Positions 57,925 through 64,000 of a stretch of 64,000 nucleotides of DNA are shown one piece after another (the stretch's first letter is position 1; every line of letters begins with the position of its first letter). The position numbers and the translations under genes are program-made. The notes beneath the pieces are model-generated. The model was given only the letters and a program-made list of their open reading frames with translations, made no database searches and was not told the DNA's origin. This DNA is from Desulfosudaceae bacterium (lineage in GTDB: Bacteria > Desulfobacterota > Desulfobacteria > Desulfobacterales > Desulfosudaceae), in contig CAXXDV010000003.1 in the NCBI GenBank assembly GCA_963674745.2, positions 416,001 to 480,000 on the forward strand. Reading direction: 5' to 3'.

Positions 57925-59815
57925 TGATATAAATTTTTTTTTCGATGTTTTTGGCTAAGGGATGGGTCTGCCCCAGATTACTGTTGATGATATTTAACGC
58001 TTTTTCAAGGCAATCAATGGCCTGCTGGTGGCGGCCGGCATCGGCAAAAGCAAGTCCCAGGTTGTTCCAGGTCCCGGCAAGATACACCGGGCTTACAGAG
58101 AGATCACCCAGTTGTAGAAGTTTAATCGCCTGGCGGTAATAATCAATGGCTTGATCAAAATTTTTAAGGTCTTTGTGAATCATTCCCATGTTATTGTATA
58201 TAGAGGCAATTTTATCCTGACCGATGCCGATATCTCGCCCAATGATACGCAGGGCACTGTTGTAAGCCATCAGGGCCTGATCAAAATTTCCATGAATCCG
58301 GTGAATCTCTCCCAGGTCATAATAACAGTTAACGGTTTTTAAGTTGTTATTGCCATAGCGGCGTTGATTAATTTTAAGGGCTCTATTTAATGTTTCCAGC
58401 GCTTGTTGATACCCTTGCTTGTCTCTGGCATATGCAAGCGCTAAACGGTTAAACGGCAGCCCTATCAAAGGTGTCTTGACGGCCTGGTCCTGCCAAAATG
58501 TGATGCGATTTTGCCAAATATTATTGCGTTGCCTGGTCCACATCAAATTAACTGCAATGGCAGCACATAAAATGATGACCACGGTTTTTCGGCTATCAGA
58601 AAGTTGAAGGAAAAAAATTACAGTAGTCATGATTGGAAGGATTGAGGGGAGGTAGGTGCGGTGCTCAAAAATCAGATGCAGACCGATGAACGAAGATTCT
58701 ATGAAGAGATTGCCCATGAACCATAAAATGGCAAATGAAAACAAACGGTTTCTCTTAGCCATATAGATTGCGGCGGTGACGCCGGCGGCTATCGTTAACA
58801 GGCAGAGTATGGTAATCGGGGGATTCGTGATTCCTTGAGACAAAGGAAAATCATATATCAAGTTTAGCCTGGCTGGATGAGGGAACGCAATCAATGAGAG
58901 AAAATAAACAATCACCATGGACTGTGTCAGTAATCGCTCAGCTAATGTGAATTCATAGTAGTCGTATTCTGCTAAAATTTGTTTAAGGGGAGCGTAATCG
59001 AGATATATCAGAGAGACGCTTCCTGAAATTAAAAAGACCCCGACTATCCATTTAAGATTTTTTTTTAGCCAGCTTATCGAAAGCCCCTGAAAGAAATACC
59101 ACTCATAAAATAATATAAAAAAAGGTAAAGTTGCCACGATTTCTTTTGTCATTAGTCCCAGCAGCCCGGAAACGAGGCAGCCTGAAAAAAAGAGTGTTAT
59201 CCGCCAATTGTTTTTTATGTGGTCGGCAGTTTGTATCTGGCGCGCATGGATATACGAAATCAGTGCCAACATATAAAACATGGTTGCCATGGTGTTCATG
59301 CGCTGGACAATGTAAGTGACAGACTGGGTATGCAATGGCATGGAAGTCCAGAAAATGGCTGTTAGCAGGGGCGTAGCGGGATTCTTTATCCGGCACAGGA
59401 CCATTGTCTGACGGGTCAGAACAAACACGCAAAAACCGGTTATGAGATGGATCAGGATATTAAAAAAATGGTATCCAGTCGTGTTAAAGCCATGAAGGAA
59501 ATAGTTAAAGGCAAAGGAAATGTAGGCCAGAGGACGGTTACGTAAAGCACTTTTAGCGGCGCCTGTCAGGGAATCAAAGGAGAGTTCGGTAATGGTAATA
59601 TTGGGATTTTTGATAATGTTGGGTAAATCGTCATAAAAGAAGGGTGCATGGACGGCGTTACCATAACCGGCAATGCCAACGAGAGCCAAGAGAAGGACGA
59701 CTGTCAGCGGGTGACTGATCAGTTCGTTTCTCGTTTGTCTTATTTGCATTTTCCCGGAATTGTCCCGAGTGGGTGATAATCGTTGACTCCCTTTCAATAT
59801 TTTAACCCCTATCAT
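57902..59815 (-). CDS. GT-C fold membrane protein with C-terminal TPRs (TMTC-like protein glycosyltransferase)
   Basis: FFYDD, RPL, YH..N...H, P..TQSVTYIVQR, KE, FEHRTYLPS, RN.IW, TPR repeats; start could instead be ATG 59749. Confidence 0.85.
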   Translation of the reverse strand: MIGVKILKGSQRLSPTRDNSGKMQIRQTRNELISHPLTVVLLLALVGIAGYGNAVHAPFFYDDLPNIIKNPNITITELSFDSLTGAAKSALRNRPLAYISFAFNYFLHGFNTTGYHFFNILIHLITGFCVFVLTRQTMVLCRIKNPATPLLTAIFWTSMPLHTQSVTYIVQRMNTMATMFYMLALISYIHARQIQTADHIKNNWRITLFFSGCLVSGLLGLMTKEIVATLPFFILFYEWYFFQGLSISWLKKNLKWIVGVFLISGSVSLIYLDYAPLKQILAEYDYYEFTLAERLLTQSMVIVYFLSLIAFPHPARLNLIYDFPLSQGITNPPITILCLLTIAAGVTAAIYMAKRNRLFSFAILWFMGNLFIESSFIGLHLIFEHRTYLPSILPIMTTVIFFLQLSDSRKTVVIILCAAIAVNLMWTRQRNNIWQNRITFWQDQAVKTPLIGLPFNRLALAYARDKQGYQQALETLNRALKINQRRYGNNNLKTVNCYYDLGEIHRIHGNFDQALMAYNSALRIIGRDIGIGQDKIASIYNNMGMIHKDLKNFDQAIDYYRQAIKLLQLGDLSVSPVYLAGTWNNLGLAFADAGRHQQAIDCLEKALNIINSNLGQTHPLAKNIEKKIYIIKKNSRI

Positions 59816-59936
59816 ATATGTAGGTCGAGACCAATGCCTTTGTAAGCTTAAGATTATAAACGAGAATGTTCGCTCTAAACAAGGTTGAACTTTGGTCCGG
59901 TGAATAAAAGAACGAATGTATCATGAAAAAGACAGG

Positions 59937-61085
59937 TCATTTGTGCTCGTAAAGCAATCGGGCGTATATCTGATCTGTTTTTTTACTAATAGCTGATAAA
60001 GAGTGGTTTTCTTTGACAAAGAGCCTGGCTGTTTCCGTAAACTGTCGGTTTGAATTCGAATCGTTTGCTAACAATAAAACAGCCTTTCGGACACTTTCAA
60101 AGGTGTGGTCGATAATCAATCCAGTTTTCATATGAAAGAGCACCTCCTTAATCCCTCCGACGGAAGAGGCCATAACCGGCAAACCGCAAGCCATAGCCTC
60201 GAGGATTACGGTAGGGACACCTTCCCAATAACTTGGCAGAATCAACGCTGATGACGCATTCATCAGATTCGGTACCGCCTCATGGGGGATCGGGCGCTCC
60301 ACCTCAAGATGCAAGCGGGATCCGCTGGCATTTATTTTTCTGCTCAGATGCCGCAGCTTATGTTCGTAAGAGCCATGCCCAACAAATTTGATGGTTAAAT
60401 CCAGTTCGTCTGCTTGTTCAAATTTTTTTATACATTCAGTTAAAAAACCAACTCCCTTCCAAGTCTCAAGATCACCTAAATAAAGCAGGGTGAAACGTTT
60501 GACGGTGAGTTCTTTTTTTTTCGGGAAAAATATTTTTGTGTTAACGGCATTAGGAAGATGCTTAAGCTTATCAGGCTGAATTTTATAACGGTTTTTCACA
60601 TATTCGAGGTCCTTCAATGAAACTGATGTGACCATATCACATGCGGAAATTGTAAAATAACCAATTGATTTATCATATATTTTTTTAACTGTTCGTTTTA
60701 AAAGGTCTGTTTGCGTCGGCATTGGTCCCAGCCCACCGTGAAGTTGTAAAAGAACGGGGTGCTGGCCGAGTTTTTTTAAAAGGGACGCTTGGTTTGAAGT
60801 GAAGTAAAGGTGGGAATGGATATGAAATATATCGCTTCTGGATTTTAAAAGAGATGGTAGAATAAATGCGAGTGGATTAACGCCCCATAAGGTTAGCGGA
60901 GAATAGAACCTGTGAATTTTGACGCCGAACCAGTCTTGAATGCCTGTTCGACGACGATTTCTTGTTGTGGTGAAAACATGCACATCGTATTGACGGGCCT
61001 GGATTCTTGAAAGGTTGGCAGTGTACCTTTCAGATCCACCCATTTGTTCACCCAAAAATGGGCAGATATGCGCAATTTTCAACAT
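59937..61085 (-). CDS. Glycosyltransferase family 4
   Basis: GGSERY, DIFHIH, PNAV, LPSYWEGVPTVILEAMACGLPV (EX7E). Confidence 0.9.
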   Translation of the reverse strand: MLKIAHICPFLGEQMGGSERYTANLSRIQARQYDVHVFTTTRNRRRTGIQDWFGVKIHRFYSPLTLWGVNPLAFILPSLLKSRSDIFHIHSHLYFTSNQASLLKKLGQHPVLLQLHGGLGPMPTQTDLLKRTVKKIYDKSIGYFTISACDMVTSVSLKDLEYVKNRYKIQPDKLKHLPNAVNTKIFFPKKKELTVKRFTLLYLGDLETWKGVGFLTECIKKFEQADELDLTIKFVGHGSYEHKLRHLSRKINASGSRLHLEVERPIPHEAVPNLMNASSALILPSYWEGVPTVILEAMACGLPVMASSVGGIKEVLFHMKTGLIIDHTFESVRKAVLLLANDSNSNRQFTETARLFVKENHSLSAISKKTDQIYARLLYEHK

Positions 61086-61173
61086 CGATAAACGGTCTCA
61101 AAAGTGATTTAAACGTTCACCTCCTTAATATCACAGAGAACCATCTTTCAGTTAATAAAAAAGCCATCAGTTA

Positions 61174-62928
61174 TTAGAAATCCACGTAAGACTCGATCCT
61201 TTTTTTAATGTCTTCGACCACATGGGGGTTGTCGATGGTGATGGTGATGGCGTCGTTGGGACAATAGGTTACGCAACGGCCGCAGCCCCGGCAGTGGTTG
61301 TCGTGGACGGCCCGGCCGTTGAGGATGGATATGGCCCCGAACCCGCAGGCGTCAAGACAGGTACCGCACCCCACGCAGGCGTCGGTGACTTCGACGCGGA
61401 CACCTTCCACCGGCGAAATAATTCCGTCCAGGTAGTCTCCGGGAATATACTTTAAGGCCGTCATCATGCAGCAGCAGGGGCAGCAGAAGCAGACGCTGAG
61501 CAATTCACTCCGGTCGGGCGTCAGAAAGATGAAGTTGTCCACCCGCACCTTTCCGGTCATGGGGATCAGCCCGGCGTCAATGGCCCGTTCCACATGGTCA
61601 TGGGCCTGCTGTTTGGTGACCTTCCGGCTGACACCGTGGGGTATCTTGAGCGCGCTTTTCCCCATGAACAGGCAGCCGACATCATGGGTGTAGTGCTGAC
61701 AATTTCCTGCCAGGCGGCAGCCGCAATGGTCCATGATAACGTGGATGCTGGCCTTGTCGATAAATTCGTGCAGGGCTTTAACCGGCAGGGCCTCGTTGGA
61801 GACGCCGTCCAGGCTTTTATTGACCGGCAGATAGCTCATGCTGTTCTTGTCCGGGTTCATCCAGGGAATCATGCGCCGGATGCCCGGGATTTTGCCCAGT
61901 TTGAAGATGTGAAGAACGGCCATGGTCGGCTTGGTGCGCGGGCCGCTTTTAAATATCCAGGACAATGTGGCCTGAATCGGGTTGTCTTTGGCGTCGCGTT
62001 TACGGGACCGGCAGAAATCCAGAAAGGCTTCGGCTGATGTGTAGCTGGGTTTCCAGCCGGTAGCGTTCTTGAACTTGCTGTTCAGCCCGAAAATAGTGTA
62101 ACGGCCTACGCTGACCCAGCCGCCGCTGGCCGGGAAAAGGCGCAGCTTGAAGGCAATGTTGGCGACCAGCTTTAAAACAGGTACCGGCAGGGGGATGATG
62201 ATGGCGCCGGCCTGCTTGAAACACCACCGGGTTGGTACGGCATCATCGGCCGTGACATTATAAATGCCGGGCAGGTCTTTTTCATAAGCCAGGTACAAGG
62301 CATCGCCCAGATCCGTCTCGTGGATGAACTGGTTGTGGGCAATGTTGCCCCAGGGCAGGGCGGTCACTTTCAGGGTCCATAATTTGGAAAACATATTGTT
62401 GGTTTTCGGGCCGACCAGAAGCCCGGCCCGGATGACCGTCAGGGTAATATCCGGATGGCTGCTGAAAAAGTCGGTCACGAAAGATTCAACTTCCACTTTA
62501 CTGGTGTTGTAATAACTGTCATCGTTTCTGGCCAGGGGCGAATCCTCGGTGAAACCGATGGCATTGTCCCGGTGGGAACCGTAAACGGTCATACTGCTGC
62601 TGTATATCACTTTCTTGATATTATTTTTGACGCAGGACTTGAACACGTTTTTACTGCCGTTGATGTTGATGTCCCGGGTCTTTTCTTTGTCATGGATTTC
62701 GCCCACAACAAAAGCCAGGTGAAAGAGCACGTCAACGTCCTTGAGGATATCGGCGATAGTGGCATCACGGGTGTCCATGCGGTGGAAATCAACTTTTCTG
62801 AAACCGCCTTTCCAGGGGGTTACATCAATGCCGATAATTTTTTCAACATCCGGGTCAGCCTGGAGTTTCGGCAGCAGTGTTGATGCAAAATAGCTGTTGA
62901 CGCCGGTGATAGCGATTGTTTTACCCAT
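61174..62928 (-). CDS. NAD-dependent epimerase/dehydratase (extended SDR) fused to a Cys-rich 4Fe-4S domain
   Basis: ITGVNSYFA, FHLAF, SSSMTVYG, YNTSK; C-terminal CGCR..C...GC, CFCCPCCC and two CxxCxxCxxxC motifs. Confidence 0.85.
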   Translation of the reverse strand: MGKTIAITGVNSYFASTLLPKLQADPDVEKIIGIDVTPWKGGFRKVDFHRMDTRDATIADILKDVDVLFHLAFVVGEIHDKEKTRDININGSKNVFKSCVKNNIKKVIYSSSMTVYGSHRDNAIGFTEDSPLARNDDSYYNTSKVEVESFVTDFFSSHPDITLTVIRAGLLVGPKTNNMFSKLWTLKVTALPWGNIAHNQFIHETDLGDALYLAYEKDLPGIYNVTADDAVPTRWCFKQAGAIIIPLPVPVLKLVANIAFKLRLFPASGGWVSVGRYTIFGLNSKFKNATGWKPSYTSAEAFLDFCRSRKRDAKDNPIQATLSWIFKSGPRTKPTMAVLHIFKLGKIPGIRRMIPWMNPDKNSMSYLPVNKSLDGVSNEALPVKALHEFIDKASIHVIMDHCGCRLAGNCQHYTHDVGCLFMGKSALKIPHGVSRKVTKQQAHDHVERAIDAGLIPMTGKVRVDNFIFLTPDRSELLSVCFCCPCCCMMTALKYIPGDYLDGIISPVEGVRVEVTDACVGCGTCLDACGFGAISILNGRAVHDNHCRGCGRCVTYCPNDAITITIDNPHVVEDIKKRIESYVDF

Positions 62929-63275
62929 GTTGTCTTCTCCTGAATGTGGTCAAAGCAGTTTGTCCCAGAAAAAAGTGTTTGCCTGAATATTTCTGTTATC
63001 TTATTTGGACTTTGTGGTCAAGAAAAAAATGATCGTTTGTTGATTCCATTAACCTCTGTAATAAAGGCTATAACCTTATTTGAAAAGTGTATAGTTTATA
63101 TACAGTTCCAGCCCTCTCAGGCCACCGGCGGCCGATACCCGAAAAACGCCATCGCCAAAGAAGCGGAGGCCCGGCACTTGATCCACTGTCAAAAGCGGGG
63201 TAGGGTATAGTCTGAACCGAAAAATTTATGAAATAACGGGCAAACCGAATTGACGCTTTTACCGGAGCCATTGCC

Positions 63276-64000
63276 ATGCGAGTCGTACTGGTCCGTCCCA
63301 ATGCCAGACTGAAATCAACTTATATACCGCTGGGGTTGGGCTATGTCGCTCATGCCGCCCGGGCGGATGGACACGAGGTGATTGCGCTTGATGCCAGGCT
63401 GGAGCGGCTTTCAACCGAAAAAACCGTTTCGCGTATTCTCGATTATCAGCCGGATGTTCTGGGCCTGACGGCCCTTCACGTGGCCGGGGAAAAGAAATCG
63501 GTCCTGGATGTGGCCGGTGAGTATAAAAAAGCCGGTGGCACAGCACCGATTGTTTTGGGCGGGGCCCTGGTGTCGAGCCAGGGCAAAGAGATGGTCGCAT
63601 CCGGGCTGTTCGATCTGGCCGTGGTCGGTGAGGGGGAATCGACTTTTCAGCTGTATTTAAGGGCACTGGACAAAGGGGAACGCGCCGACAAGATGCCCGG
63701 AACCGTTCAAAACGAGCAGGGCGTTGTTCAACTGACGCCGGATAGGCCTTTCATTGATGATATCGATAGTTTACAGGTGGCCTGGGATCTGCTCGCCCCG
63801 GAGCGCTATTTTACCCTGTCCGGTCAATCCAGCCAGAGCATTATCAAGAAATCCAGCCGTTGCCTGCCCCTTTTCACCAGCCGGGGGTGCCCTTTTGATT
63901 GTATTTACTGTCATAATGTTTTCGGCCGGACGTTTCGGGCCCGTTCACCTGAATCGGTGGTGGACGAAATGGCCATGCTCAAAGAGACCTATGGCGTCAG
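63276..64000 (+). CDS. B12-binding domain radical SAM protein (partial, runs off window)
   Basis: Manual translation MRVVLVRP...PLGLGYVA...GGP...GEGE...TSRGCPFDCIYC...FRARSPESVVDEM in one frame. Confidence 0.88.
   Translation, partial: MRVVLVRPNARLKSTYIPLGLGYVAHAARADGHEVIALDARLERLSTEKTVSRILDYQPDVLGLTALHVAGEKKSVLDVAGEYKKAGGTAPIVLGGALVSSQGKEMVASGLFDLAVVGEGESTFQLYLRALDKGERADKMPGTVQNEQGVVQLTPDRPFIDDIDSLQVAWDLLAPERYFTLSGQSSQSIIKKSSRCLPLFTSRGCPFDCIYCHNVFGRTFRARSPESVVDEMAMLKETYGV

Overview
Mostly core-genome segment of an anaerobic bacterium whose gene content suggests Desulfobacterota (inference, no taxonomic search run). It holds about 50 CDSs, including the dtd 3' end, an M18 aminopeptidase, dacB, a PAS hybrid kinase, cobO, cls, argC, a TRAP transporter, folD, cysQ, manC, ispG, proS, relA/spoT, rpmB, bamD, an NSS transporter with its small subunit and a GH13_18 phosphorylase. 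There are three tRNAs (Gly-GCC, Cys-GCA, Leu-TAA). No CRISPR array, rRNA, transposase or integrase was recognised. Highlights: (1) an SPFH (YdjI-like) gene plus an internally duplicated Zn-ribbon (YdjG-like) gene next to cls, where the Zn-ribbon gene appears to start at a non-canonical ATC. (2) A candidate anaerobic 2-hydroxyacyl/lipid catabolic neighbourhood (activase pair, SphA-like channel, sensor-less MCP, TetR with two operators, Zn-dehydrogenase, SCP2, ThDP lyase, hydrolase). (3) Dense intergenic mini-repeats: GTAG-REP doublets with co-varying stems, octamer arrays and two MITE copies. (4) Tandem NMO/FabK-like paralogs lacking the catalytic His. (5) An AT-rich glycosylation/sulfation islet after tRNA-Leu with integrase arm-type repeats. 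Functional calls rest on motif recognition by eye.
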